Part shown: piece after piece, positions 1-9,171 of the stretch | Layout: each line of letters opens with the position of its first letter | How positions within the stretch are numbered: position 1 is the stretch's first letter | Position numbers and translations under genes: made by a program | NCBI RefSeq assembly: GCF_000446015.1 | Contig: NC_022093.1 | Location: 1,500,001-1,532,000 of the forward strand | Length of the DNA: 32,000 nucleotides | DNA from: Thermofilum adornatum | Lineage (GTDB): Archaea; Thermoproteota; Thermoprotei; Thermofilales; Thermofilaceae | Direction: 5' to 3' | The notes under the pieces: model-generated | The model's input: only the letters and a program-made list of their open reading frames with translations | Database searches by the model: none | What the model was told of the DNA's origin: nothing

Positions 1-180
1 CATATAGAGGTAACAGACCTTGTCGCCAACAATAGAGACAGCTGCTTTTCTAGTAGCCACAGATAAGGACAAAGTGTAAAAGCTTTGATAAACAGAGGTT
101 TCATGTAGCATTGCCCATCCAAGGATAGCTAGGACAACTATAGAGGAAATAACCAAAGAAACAAGCAGAACTTTAATCAT
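1..180 (-). CDS. Small membrane or secreted protein, N-terminal part only (gene runs off the left edge)
   Basis: Absent from the ORF track because the window truncates it. ATG at 180-178 lies 13 nt after the upstream stop and is preceded by AGGGGTGG (SD-like). It reads MIKVLLVSLVISSIVVLAILGWAMLHETSVYQSF... and stays open to position 1. The N-terminus is a hydrophobic helix. Confidence 0.45.
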   Translation of the reverse strand, partial: MIKVLLVSLVISSIVVLAILGWAMLHETSVYQSFYTLSLSVATRKAAVSIVGDKVCYLYM

Positions 181-193
181 TCTAGCCACCCCT

Positions 194-1003
194 CTATAGA
201 TCTTTCCTTTTGAATCTCAAGAAGATCAACCCCCCTAAGAACATGAGAGAGAATATAGAAGAGGCGAGTATTTCCCATGGACTTGGCAGGGGGTTTTGTC
301 CAGGCATAGGTATCGTTGACTGTGTATACATCAGGTAATAATAGTTGTAAGTGTATGGAGAGAGAAATGAAAAAATCCAAGTAACTGTGTACATCGCTTG
401 GTAGTATTGGGGTGGGAGATTACCGTAGTAAATGATGGATACCAGGATGCTGAGAAAAAGAGGAACAAAGAAGGCAAGCATTGTTCCAAGGAAGGAGGCT
501 AGCCCTTCTCGCCCAGATATAGCTAGAAATAGAACGAATGTCCCATGGACGGATAATTCTGCCAAGATGTAGATAAGCTGAAGGTATAACGTAGAGCTCG
601 ACAAAGCTTTTGGGGCGACGGTGATTACTATCATGAGGAATGTGGAAAGAAGAACAAGCGCCGGCAAGAAGACTACCACGAGAAACGTGCTGGCAAGGTA
701 TTTTGTCCTCTTAAGTGTATGGGCCAGGTAGAGCTCTGCCTCGCCTGACGAGATTTCCCTCGCTGCGCGGGAAGCCTGGATACTCGAGAAGATCTTATAA
801 ATAATGATTGCGATGAAGAGTGGCCCGTAAAGCCACAGTGAAAATGTTTGCCCGGCGCCAAAAATTATGAGGAAGACTGCCAGCAGTAAGTTGGACACGA
901 TTATTGCAACAACGTAGGATGACAGATATCTATTCGCCGTGAAGGAGGCGTGTTCGTAAATTTTCCTAAGATCTACTCCCAACGATCTTACCATACAGGT
1001 CAC
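194..1003 (-). CDS. Polytopic membrane protein, probable ABC-2-type permease partner of the upstream ATPase
   Basis: 269-aa ORF with about six hydrophobic helices and no soluble domain. Its start overlaps the ATPase 3' end by 17-38 nt, depending on start choice (ATG 1003, ATG 994 or TTG 982). The permease role is inferred from context only. Confidence 0.6.
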   Translation of the reverse strand: MTCMVRSLGVDLRKIYEHASFTANRYLSSYVVAIIVSNLLLAVFLIIFGAGQTFSLWLYGPLFIAIIIYKIFSSIQASRAAREISSGEAELYLAHTLKRTKYLASTFLVVVFLPALVLLSTFLMIVITVAPKALSSSTLYLQLIYILAELSVHGTFVLFLAISGREGLASFLGTMLAFFVPLFLSILVSIIYYGNLPPQYYQAMYTVTWIFSFLSPYTYNYYYLMYTQSTIPMPGQNPLPSPWEILASSIFSLMFLGGLIFLRFKRKDL

Positions 1004-1877
1004 CCAGACTGGCGGTTTTAAAACTAAAACCGGTTACAATCTGGCCTAGTTCGGAAAGGAGCCCCTCAAATGACTTATAGTATTCCGGCTCAACCGCCAC
1101 CTCTAACAAGCTTTTGTCTACCTTCTTGACAAGCTTTATGTAGGGCTTTTCTATAAGAATTCTGGCCAGAGTATTGATGTCTCGTGTTTCAATTGTAAAG
1201 ACGGCTTCCGTCATGTATTTTTTCCATAGGTCCCCCAAATATCCATAGTCGAGTACCATACCCTTGTCGATGAAGACACAATAGCTTGAGACCTCCTGGA
1301 GCTCTGGGATTATGTGAGAAGAAATTATCATAGAAACCCTCAGCTCCTTATGGAGAAGCTTTAAAAGCTCAAGAATCTCTCGCCTCGACGCAGGGTCAAG
1401 GTTTGCAGTTGGCTCGTCTAGAACCAGGAGCTCGGGGTCTCCCAGGAGGCTCTGAGCTATGCCTACCCGCTGTATATATCCCCTTGACAATTCGCCAATC
1501 TTTGTGTCAAGCACCTTTTCGAGTCCCACGAGCCTAACTAAGCGGTTGAGGTCGGTCTTACCTACCTTCCTGAGTCTTGCCAGGTGCTCTAAAAAATCTT
1601 CAACAGGCAGATCCATCGGGTAGACAGGTTTCTCAGGCATAAACCCTATTCGCTTTCTTACTTCTTCTCTTCTAAACGGGTCTTCTCCGAAAACAGTTAA
1701 ATTACCCTTTGTTGGCCTAAGAAAACCCATGATAAGCTTCATCGAAGTGGTTTTACCAGCGCCATTCGGTCCCAAGAATGCAGTAATGCTCCTTTCGGGA
1801 ATCGTGAAGGACGCCTCTCTTAAGGCCACCGTGTTCCTGAACCTTTTGGTTACGCCGCTGAACTCTACTATAGCCAT
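966..1877 (-). CDS. ABC transporter ATP-binding protein (ABC-2/COG1131-like)
   Basis: Walker A GPNGAGKTT, ABC signature LSRGYIQRV, Walker B LLVLDEPT and H-loop SSHI, plus a C-terminal extension of about 80 aa. The ATG overlaps the MoxR stop (TAATG) and GGGGAGG lies upstream. Confidence 0.9.
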   Translation of the reverse strand: MAIVEFSGVTKRFRNTVALREASFTIPERSITAFLGPNGAGKTTSMKLIMGFLRPTKGNLTVFGEDPFRREEVRKRIGFMPEKPVYPMDLPVEDFLEHLARLRKVGKTDLNRLVRLVGLEKVLDTKIGELSRGYIQRVGIAQSLLGDPELLVLDEPTANLDPASRREILELLKLLHKELRVSMIISSHIIPELQEVSSYCVFIDKGMVLDYGYLGDLWKKYMTEAVFTIETRDINTLARILIEKPYIKLVKKVDKSLLEVAVEPEYYKSFEGLLSELGQIVTGFSFKTASLGDLYGKIVGSRS

Positions 1878-2944
1878 TACTTGCCTCCCCTAGCCACCTT
1901 TCTCGCGAGTTCCAGGCCTTCACTTATCACAGATAAGCGAGCCTTAAATCCTCCGCCCCTCTCGATTACAGTCTCTAGGTTTGGTATAACCCTGTGGTTG
2001 AGAACGTAGTAAGAGGCTTGGTCTATATCCTCTACTGTTACAGTCTCCGAGCCCCTTAACGTGGCAAGCACTTTTGAGAGCCTAAGCAAGGCTATCGTAG
2101 CCCTAGGGCTAGCTCCAAGCTCGAAGTACCTAGAGATAGAGTCGAAGGTCTCAGGCCTAGTCGCCCTCACCAGGGACACAGCATAGTTTAGGGTTGAGCT
2201 GTCGACCTTCACGTTCCTTGCAATGTATTCTTGGGCCGCTATTATCCATGCAGGCTCAACCACTTTTTCTAGGTCTTCCAGTGGCTCAGTCAGCCTGTAA
2301 AGATGTAGCTCGCTTATCTTCCTCTCCTCTTCTAGGCTAGAAGGATAACCCATAAACACCCTTACCATGAACCTGTCAAGCTGGGCCTCGGGAAGGGGAT
2401 ACGTGCCCTCTTGCTCGACCGGGTTCTGCGTGGCAAGTACAAAGAAGAATTTGCCGGCTTCTCTGTCTTCAAGCCTGTAGGTTTTGCCCCCGATCGTGAC
2501 TTCTCTCTCCTGCATTGCCTGTAAGAGCGCCGACTGTGTTCTCGGTACGGCCCTGTTGATCTCGTCTGCTAGAACTATGTATGCAAAAATTGGTCCAAAC
2601 CTTGTCTCAAACTCTCTGCTTGCAACGTTGAATATCTGGGACCCAGTTATATCGGCAGGCATGAGGTCTGGCGTGAACTGTATACGTGAGAAGCCCACAA
2701 AGGGGACACCATTAATCGTGAATTTGTCTTTATCTGACAAGCCAAGGGTCTTCCCAAGCGCCTTAACCAGGGTTGTCTTTGCGATGCCTGGAACACCCTC
2801 CAGCAAGACATGTCCATTTGCTAGTAGGGTTGCAAGCACTATCCTTTTTTCATCTGGGTAGCCGACTACAGCCCTGTTCAGCTGTCTCAAGATATCTAGG
2901 GAGCATTGCCTTATTGAATCGGCATCAAGCCTCATGGTGGCCAC
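1877..2944 (-). CDS. MoxR-family AAA+ ATPase
   Basis: Walker A GVPGIAKT and Walker B LADEINRA. ATQNPVEQEGTYPLPEAQLDRF is the typical MoxR (COG0714) sensor region. Length is 355 aa. Confidence 0.9.
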   Translation of the reverse strand: MATMRLDADSIRQCSLDILRQLNRAVVGYPDEKRIVLATLLANGHVLLEGVPGIAKTTLVKALGKTLGLSDKDKFTINGVPFVGFSRIQFTPDLMPADITGSQIFNVASREFETRFGPIFAYIVLADEINRAVPRTQSALLQAMQEREVTIGGKTYRLEDREAGKFFFVLATQNPVEQEGTYPLPEAQLDRFMVRVFMGYPSSLEEERKISELHLYRLTEPLEDLEKVVEPAWIIAAQEYIARNVKVDSSTLNYAVSLVRATRPETFDSISRYFELGASPRATIALLRLSKVLATLRGSETVTVEDIDQASYYVLNHRVIPNLETVIERGGGFKARLSVISEGLELARKVARGGK

Positions 2945-2977
2945 TTCATTAAGTATATTACAATAACAATCGTGACA

Positions 2978-2985
2978 TTTATATA
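2978..2985. promoter_or_regulatory. TATA box (TTTATATA / TATATAAA) in the 70-bp divergent intergenic region, possibly serving both directions
   Basis: It is the only strong TATA-like element between the MoxR ATG (2944) and the GTG at 3015. It ends 30 nt before 3015 and starts 34 nt from 2944. The element is nearly palindromic. Confidence 0.4.
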
Positions 2986-3014
2986 GGTTATTTAAGAATC
3001 ATTTCGGGGTTCTC

Positions 3015-3869
3015 GTGGAAAAGAAGTTTTACAGCATAGACGAGCTGAAAAATGCAACGATAATTGACTCGGAGGGCCTTCTATACGGCTATGTCGAAGA
3101 CATAACTATCGAAGAATCCAATGCCAAGCTAGTTGCCTACACCCTGTTCAAGATAAACGAGCCAGCTATAAACGTTGAAAAGCTTAAGTCTATCCTCTCT
3201 AGCCGTGTCTCTTTGGAAGGCAATGAGCCCCTCGAAACCCTTGTGGCTCTAGCAAGGAAAGAAAACATAGAAATACCTTGGCAGGTTACCGAGAAGGAGG
3301 TCAAATGGATAAAAGGCTACGTCCCCTTGTCTGAAGTGGTACTCATCGACTCAAAGCAACTTTTCATTGACGATACAAGAGTTCACATCAAAATTGTTCT
3401 CCTCTCTACCCCCCGAGAGGCAATTTTCCGCGGGCTCCCAGTAAACCCCAACAGTCAAACCTACAGGCCTCAGCATGTACTCGGCAAACTTGTCATTAGC
3501 GCTTCTCGTGGCATTTTGGGTGTAGCAGAGGAAATCGTTGTGAGTCCAGGAATGCTCGGCTTTAGGGTCTACCGGGTGAGGAGCAGGAAAAAAGTTGTCA
3601 ACTGGATAGCTTTTACTGCCCATGTTAAGAGGATGGGCCTAAAGGAAGCCTACGAAAAACTCGTAGAATTTAGAGACCCATACAAGTACAGCAAGGTAGA
3701 CCTCTCATTGACCAACGAGATTGAACAGCTCCTAGAAGGAATGAAGGAGAAGGAGAAAATACTTGGAGCCATGCAGAACTATATAGAGACCGAGGAAGCA
3801 GGAACAGAATACGTAGACATTCCATATAGCGAAATAGTAAGGGTTGGGGAATTTGTCATCTCGAGATAG
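3015..3869 (+). CDS. Hypothetical protein with two PRC-barrel-like segments (tentative)
   Basis: 284-aa ORF with a GTG start. ATIIDSEGLLYGYVEDITIEE and GKLVISASRGILGVAEEIVVSPG resemble PRC-barrel core strands. No catalytic motif is visible. The next gene overlaps it by 26 nt. Confidence 0.35.
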   Translation: MEKKFYSIDELKNATIIDSEGLLYGYVEDITIEESNAKLVAYTLFKINEPAINVEKLKSILSSRVSLEGNEPLETLVALARKENIEIPWQVTEKEVKWIKGYVPLSEVVLIDSKQLFIDDTRVHIKIVLLSTPREAIFRGLPVNPNSQTYRPQHVLGKLVISASRGILGVAEEIVVSPGMLGFRVYRVRSRKKVVNWIAFTAHVKRMGLKEAYEKLVEFRDPYKYSKVDLSLTNEIEQLLEGMKEKEKILGAMQNYIETEEAGTEYVDIPYSEIVRVGEFVISR

Positions 3870-4749
3870 GCTCTGCACTATCGCTAGGACATACGCCTTG
3901 CTTGGACAAGCAAAAGCCACATCCATGGAACTGGGGGTAAGCAAGTCCAGATTCCTCGGAATCGGGATCGAATACGCGGATCGTAGGGAATACCAGGACA
4001 CAGACGACGTCAGGTACGTGGACTGGACCCTCACAGCTAGATCCATAAATCCAAATACTGGAGAATACAAGCCATACACCAAAGTGTTCCACGTCGAACA
4101 AATGAAGAACTTAATCCTCGTCGCAGACCTCACAGACTCGATGCTCATATACGAGAAGATAGCCTCCCTATTCTACATATCCTCACTAATCCTCGAATTA
4201 TCACACAGACTCTCAGACAAGGTGAGCCTCGTAGCCCTCGCACATAAACCCAGGCTCTACACGGGACTCAAGGGGAGACAAGCGATACATCTACTCGAAC
4301 AAATAATATGTAACAGCTCGCAGACAGGCGGGAACACACCGCTAAGCGCCGTCCTGAGCACCGTCAAAGCTTATGCAAAGAAAAATACCACGCTCACAGT
4401 AATTACCGACTACGCGCACGACCCAGAGGAATTCTCCATGCTGGCAAAGCTGAAAAACACGCTAATGACGCCCACAGCCATATACCTCGTAGCCCATATG
4501 TGGGAAACACAGCTACCGGCAACAGGCACCACGGCGACCCTTTTGGACCCGGAAACAGGCACTCTCATCACTGGCAGACTAGAAGAAGTATACAAGGCAA
4601 TAAACACTCACATCACCCACGTCCAGGCGATCCTCTCGAAAGCCAGGATAAGTCACCTGGAAATACAGGGAATAGGCGACGCACAGATGCGAACAGTCAA
4701 AATAATAGAGACATACCTAAAAGCAAGACAGCTAGCAATAAACGTATAA
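3844..4749 (+). CDS. DUF58 family protein (vWA-like fold, classical MoxR partner)
   Basis: REYQDTDDVRYVDWTLTARS matches the DUF58 signature (Y-x-x-GD-x-R-x-IDW-x-x-x-AR). LILVADLTDSM is a MIDAS-like D-x-T-x-S. The TTG start overlaps the upstream gene. Confidence 0.8.
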   Translation: MGNLSSRDRLCTIARTYALLGQAKATSMELGVSKSRFLGIGIEYADRREYQDTDDVRYVDWTLTARSINPNTGEYKPYTKVFHVEQMKNLILVADLTDSMLIYEKIASLFYISSLILELSHRLSDKVSLVALAHKPRLYTGLKGRQAIHLLEQIICNSSQTGGNTPLSAVLSTVKAYAKKNTTLTVITDYAHDPEEFSMLAKLKNTLMTPTAIYLVAHMWETQLPATGTTATLLDPETGTLITGRLEEVYKAINTHITHVQAILSKARISHLEIQGIGDAQMRTVKIIETYLKARQLAINV

Positions 4750-4766
4750 CTTAGCGCGCTGAAAAA

Positions 4767-5477
4767 TCAAAAGCCATATTGAGGTTTCGTAGCTATCACG
4801 TAGATGTTTTGGCTCCTGCGTTTAAAAGGTGAATAGTAACCCTTCGAAATGATCTTGAGCCCTGCTTCTTGTAAGAGGTGAACCAGCTCTTCTAATGTGT
4901 ATAGGTAGTATATCCTTGTATATGTGCTTTTTCTCGTCTTCCACTTAACAGAGTATCTACGCGGGTATCCAGTTTGACCAAGACATGTTCTTATCATATT
5001 TATCAAGGTCTGTAGAACAAATTGTGTCTGCCTCCACGACCACACTGTAGCTATTAAGAGGCCCCCGCGCTTTAACACAGCGTTTAGCTGGCGCGCCAGA
5101 AAACCCGTGAGGATCGGGGGTATATGGTGAAGAGATGCGATCGCAAGGATGGTGCTGAATGATTTTTCTCGAAAGGGTAAAAAAGACATGTCGGCTACGA
5201 TTTGATCTGCTGGAACATTTTTTCTCTCCGCTATTTTCTTAGCCAGCCTTATCATGGACGGCGAGTAGTCTAGGCACACGACGTAGGACTGTGTCTTTTT
5301 AGCGGCTTCAACACCATTAATGCAGGCGCCCGAGCCGAGATCGAGGATAATGCCGGGACGACTTATCAGGGCTATCGGCCACGGCTTGTTTCTCCACGAA
5401 GTGTATCCCTCAGCTATAGCTGTGTAGCTGTTCCTAGTTACAAGGGTGTCATAGAGGTAACTTTTCGCCCCAAACAC
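4767..5477 (-). CDS. Class I SAM-dependent methyltransferase
   Basis: Motif I ILDLGSGACINGVEAA, acidic loop CLDYS, post-II ADMSFLPFREKSFSTILAIASLHHI and RGGLLIATVW. GTG start at 5477. Confidence 0.75.
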   Translation of the reverse strand: MFGAKSYLYDTLVTRNSYTAIAEGYTSWRNKPWPIALISRPGIILDLGSGACINGVEAAKKTQSYVVCLDYSPSMIRLAKKIAERKNVPADQIVADMSFLPFREKSFSTILAIASLHHIPPILTGFLARQLNAVLKRGGLLIATVWSWRQTQFVLQTLINMIRTCLGQTGYPRRYSVKWKTRKSTYTRIYYLYTLEELVHLLQEAGLKIISKGYYSPFKRRSQNIYVIATKPQYGF

Positions 5478-5893
5478 GTCACCATGCCCACTAATGCAAA
5501 AATGTTCCTATCAAAATCTTTAACGCTTCTTCCTTGAAATCTTAGAGACATACAGGTACATCATCATGTAGCGAACATCCCTGTGAGTAACTAACACCCC
5601 TGTACCACCCCTATTATTTGCCTTCTATCCAGCTTTTTACTCAATATGCCAAGCATGGACCAGGAAGCTTCTTCCCATCGGTGTTATGCTAGCGCTGTGG
5701 AAACCACGCATGTTAACTTTTTTTAGAAAGTAATAAAAGGTAATAAAAATACACACCTTCTCTTATTGTGGTAAACCGTTTACATGTATATTGTCTGCGC
5801 GCATAGCTTAAGCTAGTTTCGTGTGCTTTTGAGAAACCCATAAAGGTTCATAAATGTGTTCTAGGTAGGTCTTTATAATAGGGCATGAGCGCT

Positions 5894-6760
5894 CTAGGGT
5901 TTCTGGGATTGGCTTTCCTCTTTTATGAGCATTAGGATTTTGTCTGGTATCAGGTATTGTTTGCCACAGTTGTTGCATATTATTTCCCTTTGCCTTTTGT
6001 CTAGGAGGGTTTGAGCACCGCAATTTGGACACTTCACGGTTATTGTCTCGTCGGGGTTTAGGATGAATTCTCTCGCGTATGACCGGTACACCGTATATTG
6101 CTTGACCAGGCTGTATAGGTTTTCCTTGAAGCTGTTTTTCGCGGCTTCATCTTTAAACTCTAGGACAACTGTATCGTCGTTTCTCGGCTTTAAAACTAGG
6201 GAACTTGGAACGGCTCCATCGATTATGGTAATGTCTTCTAGGGGTATATCGATGGATGCTTCATCATAGTCATTTAGAAAGCTGAGAAAGAGGGCAGCGA
6301 CCATCATAGTCATAGGCAAGGCGTACAGAAAAAGAAAGATCGTGTTCGTAGCGTTGTAAGAGGAAAAATAGTAGAGGGCAGGTAAAAAGACTTGGAATAA
6401 AATTAGAGGCAATAGAGCAAAGAGAAGGGGCATAACTCTCTTCAAAGTGGGGCTAGTGGTCTTCGACAAAACCACTGGGAGGCGGCCCAGCATATAAGAC
6501 AGGTGTATGATCCTCTTATTTGTCAACAACAGGTCTCCCAGGACAAGCTTTTTACCGCTCTCCAGGTTATCGCCTTCACCTTTTTCAATGTATGCCAAAA
6601 CTTTTTCGTATACGTGAACTACTCTTTCATCGGGGGTCAAAGTTATAAACTCTCTCCATTTCTCCTTCTCTTGTCCCCCATAGTTAGTAAAGTCTACTTT
6701 GAATCTGATTAGTGAAGCACCATGAGAATGAACTTGCAACGCTGGGATAATGTTCCTCAT
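5894..6760 (-). CDS. Membrane protein: PH/GRAM-like domain interrupted by a TM hairpin, with a C-terminal zinc ribbon
   Basis: GKKLVLGDLLLTNKRIIHLS has the PH/GRAM-type pattern (lTnkRli). Two long hydrophobic helices follow (PLLFALLPLILFQVFLPALYYF; IFLFLYALPMTMMVAALFLSFL). Then comes IDIPLEDITIIDGA...VLEFKDEAAKNSFKENL, and finally CPNCG-x12-CNNCG. Confidence 0.55.
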   Translation of the reverse strand: MRNIIPALQVHSHGASLIRFKVDFTNYGGQEKEKWREFITLTPDERVVHVYEKVLAYIEKGEGDNLESGKKLVLGDLLLTNKRIIHLSYMLGRLPVVLSKTTSPTLKRVMPLLFALLPLILFQVFLPALYYFSSYNATNTIFLFLYALPMTMMVAALFLSFLNDYDEASIDIPLEDITIIDGAVPSSLVLKPRNDDTVVLEFKDEAAKNSFKENLYSLVKQYTVYRSYAREFILNPDETITVKCPNCGAQTLLDKRQREIICNNCGKQYLIPDKILMLIKEESQSQKP

Positions 6761-6890
6761 AGCTCAATACACTTATATGTTTAGACGTTTGGGATACTAA
6801 TATAATTTTATCACAAATGGACTGTTGCATCTTAAGCGTGAAAATTTTTCAGTTAGCTCGTAAAGGATATAGGTCACATAGTTTAGATAG

Positions 6891-7724
6891 ATGTGGCCCG
6901 CTATGTCCATAGAAGTAAGGCCGCTGAAAAGCCCCCAAGAGTTTAGGCAGGCAATAGAAGTCCAGCGTTCCGCTTGGGGCATGCCTGACATCGAGGTTAT
7001 ACCTACAAGGATACTCATCGCCATATCTAGGAACAGCGGTATCGTTCTTGGAGCATTCGACGGGGACAGGCTTATAGGCTACTCGTTTGGCTTCCTCGCG
7101 AGGGACAAGTATGGCCTCTACCTTTACAGCCACCACACGGGCGTAGCGAAAGAGTATGAGGGACAGGGCGTCGGCTTCCTCCTGAAGATGAAGCAGAGAG
7201 AATATGCCCTGAAAATGGGCCTGTCAAGGATAAAGTGGACCTTTGACCCCTTGCAGGCCAGAAACTCTTACTTCAACTTTACAAAGCTCGGAGCAATCGC
7301 GAGGGTTTTTTACCAGAACTATTATGGCGAGCTTTTCGACGAGCTTAACTATGGCTTGCCCACGGATAGGGTCATAGCTGAGTGGTTCATAAAGAGCAAG
7401 CGTGTAGAGAACAGGTCTAGCGGCAAAATTGTAGCTCCAGCCCTAGAAGACTCACAGGTCTCCCTCGAAGTCTACAGAGGCAGGCCCCGCCTAGTAAGGG
7501 TCTATGCACCAAAAGTCTTGCTCAAGATACCCTCAGACATCAATAACGTGAAGGCTAAAAATCCCAGGCTTGCTCTTTCATGGCGTATGTCGCTAAGAAG
7601 AGCACTAAGCTTCTACCTCGGAAAGGGTTACATTGCCTGCCACTATGTTAGGATAGATGAGAACTATGGTGCCCATGTCCTACTAAAAAAGAGCCTAAAA
7701 AATATACTTGGAGACGAATACTAG
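6891..7724 (+). CDS. GNAT-superfamily acetyltransferase-like protein (COG3375-type)
   Basis: The sequence IEVQRSAWGMPDIEVIPTRIL...GVAKEYEGQGVGFLLKMKQREYALKMGLSRIKWTFDPLQARNSYFNFTKLGA matches the conserved COG3375 predicted-acetyltransferase pattern, including the Q/R-x-x-G-x-G/A acetyl-CoA loop. The start could be ATG 6891 or ATG 6903. Confidence 0.65.
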   Translation: MWPAMSIEVRPLKSPQEFRQAIEVQRSAWGMPDIEVIPTRILIAISRNSGIVLGAFDGDRLIGYSFGFLARDKYGLYLYSHHTGVAKEYEGQGVGFLLKMKQREYALKMGLSRIKWTFDPLQARNSYFNFTKLGAIARVFYQNYYGELFDELNYGLPTDRVIAEWFIKSKRVENRSSGKIVAPALEDSQVSLEVYRGRPRLVRVYAPKVLLKIPSDINNVKAKNPRLALSWRMSLRRALSFYLGKGYIACHYVRIDENYGAHVLLKKSLKNILGDEY

Positions 7725-7733
7725 AAAAAATTT

Positions 7734-8987
7734 TTAGACCTTTTCCAGTGCCTTGTCGACTCTAACGACTCCATACCCGTAGAGGTCGTCGTAGCCGGCA
7801 GAGCCGAGATCCTCGGCAGTAACATGTAGCAAGCCCCTAACGGTACTCGTCGAAGAGTCGTTGAAGGTTCCAGGCGGTAAAGGCGGCAACCCTTTTGCAA
7901 GCCTCGCTGCCTGTATAAGGGCTACTGTTGCGCTGACGTGTGGCGTTGCCATAGATGTCCCGCTGAGAGTAGCATATGTATTGTCCGGGTATGTGCTTAG
8001 AATATTTACACCAGGCGCCGCTACTTCCGGCTTTCTGTTGCTCCAGCTTGGAACATTATTGCTAGAGTCAATTGCGCCCACAGCTATGACTTCTGGATAT
8101 GCCGCTGGATAGCTGGGAGACGATGCACCATCATTCCCGGCCGCAGCGACGATGGTGATTCCCCAGTTGTATGCGGTCTGGATAGCTGTGTGGAGCTCTT
8201 CAGGAGCGCTTGAGCCTCCAAGGCTCATCGAGAAAACTTCAGGAGCGTCGTCATCGGGGTCTCCAACTATCTTGCCGTCACTATCCTTGTCTATGACCCC
8301 GTCTGGACCCTTTATTGCGAGGTCGATTGCTATTACTAGGTCGCTCCAGCTACCGGAGCCAGATGCCCCAAGGACTCTAAGCATGTAGATTTCGACTTTG
8401 GAAGCTACACCGACTACTCCAATGTTGTTATTTAGTGCCGCAATTGTTCCACTTACATGAGTCCCGTGGCCATTTAGGTCGGTGTATTTCGTTGAGATAC
8501 GGCCATTGAGCACCGAGACGCCCCACTTTATGTTTCCAACGAGGTCAGGATGATCCGTGTCGATACCTGTATCAAATATCGCCACCTCTATTTCAGAGTT
8601 CCCATCCCCATTGACGTCAACCCAGCCAGACGTAGTACCCCAAACATTCGGCGCACCAATTCTCTGTACTCCCCACGGTATAGACTGGGGCGGCTGAGAG
8701 CTAGGCTTCCCCATTAAACTCATAACGCCGTCCTGGCTCACATGCTTAACGCCTTTAAGATGAGCAATATGTCCAGCCGCACCCACAGGAACCCTTACAA
8801 CCGCAACAGGGAAACTATCAGCAATATAGACTACTTCACCCCAGACAAGTTGCAGAGACTTCGGGTCAAAGTTTTCGCGGTCTATTGTGATAAGGTATGT
8901 TGCGAACTGGGAATCTGCATGCGCAAGGAGGACCAATGGTAGCTGTGCAATCAGTAAAAACAGCAAGAGGCTGGTTACTTTTTTCAT
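7734..8987 (-). CDS. Secreted subtilisin-like serine protease (S8 family) with N-terminal propeptide
   Basis: Signal peptide MKKVTSLLLFLLIAQLPLVLLAHA. Catalytic Asp in AIFDTGIDTDH, His in GHGTHVSGT, Ser in SGTSMATPHV. A TATA-like TTATTTTATATGG lies about 20-28 nt upstream. Confidence 0.92.
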   Translation of the reverse strand: MKKVTSLLLFLLIAQLPLVLLAHADSQFATYLITIDRENFDPKSLQLVWGEVVYIADSFPVAVVRVPVGAAGHIAHLKGVKHVSQDGVMSLMGKPSSQPPQSIPWGVQRIGAPNVWGTTSGWVDVNGDGNSEIEVAIFDTGIDTDHPDLVGNIKWGVSVLNGRISTKYTDLNGHGTHVSGTIAALNNNIGVVGVASKVEIYMLRVLGASGSGSWSDLVIAIDLAIKGPDGVIDKDSDGKIVGDPDDDAPEVFSMSLGGSSAPEELHTAIQTAYNWGITIVAAAGNDGASSPSYPAAYPEVIAVGAIDSSNNVPSWSNRKPEVAAPGVNILSTYPDNTYATLSGTSMATPHVSATVALIQAARLAKGLPPLPPGTFNDSSTSTVRGLLHVTAEDLGSAGYDDLYGYGVVRVDKALEKV

Positions 8988-9171
8988 AGCAGTTCTCTTC
9001 CATATAAAATAATAAATGTTTTATTTCTTTACAAATGTAAAATTATAAGGTTCATCATCATGGTAAAACTAAATTATTTCTTCGTTTAAAGATAAAATCT
9101 TTTTAAAAAATTGGTTCAAAATCTTAGCACGCTTGTCTGCGCATCTATGGCAATTCTTGAAATAGTGGTAA

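Noticed and set aside
177-380. These are small nested ORFs (177-380, 673-861) on the minus strand within the permease gene.
   Set aside because: They are alternative frames of the 269-aa membrane protein gene, with no independent start signals.
2484-2861. A 125-aa plus-strand ORF lies antisense to the MoxR gene. Similar antisense ORFs occur over the Psr, MttB and ABC genes.
   Set aside because: The opposite strand carries strong family motifs at the same positions. The antisense translations are Ser/Leu/Pro-rich with no start-site context.
5478-5893. This is the largest non-coding gap (416 nt). I checked it for tRNA, C/D-box sRNA and small ORFs. A minus-strand ATGATGA C-box-like element lies near 5563-5571.
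   Set aside because: No CTGA D box or terminal stem occurs within 50-80 nt. I saw no tRNA-like cloverleaf or T-loop motif. Only ORFs of 26 codons or fewer, without SD or TATA context, are present. A covariance-model scan would be needed to exclude an ncRNA.
8611-8620. The palindrome TTGACGTCAA resembles the operator half-sites.
   Set aside because: It lies inside the protease coding sequence (encoding ..VDVNG..), lacks the 4-nt spacer, and has no promoter context.
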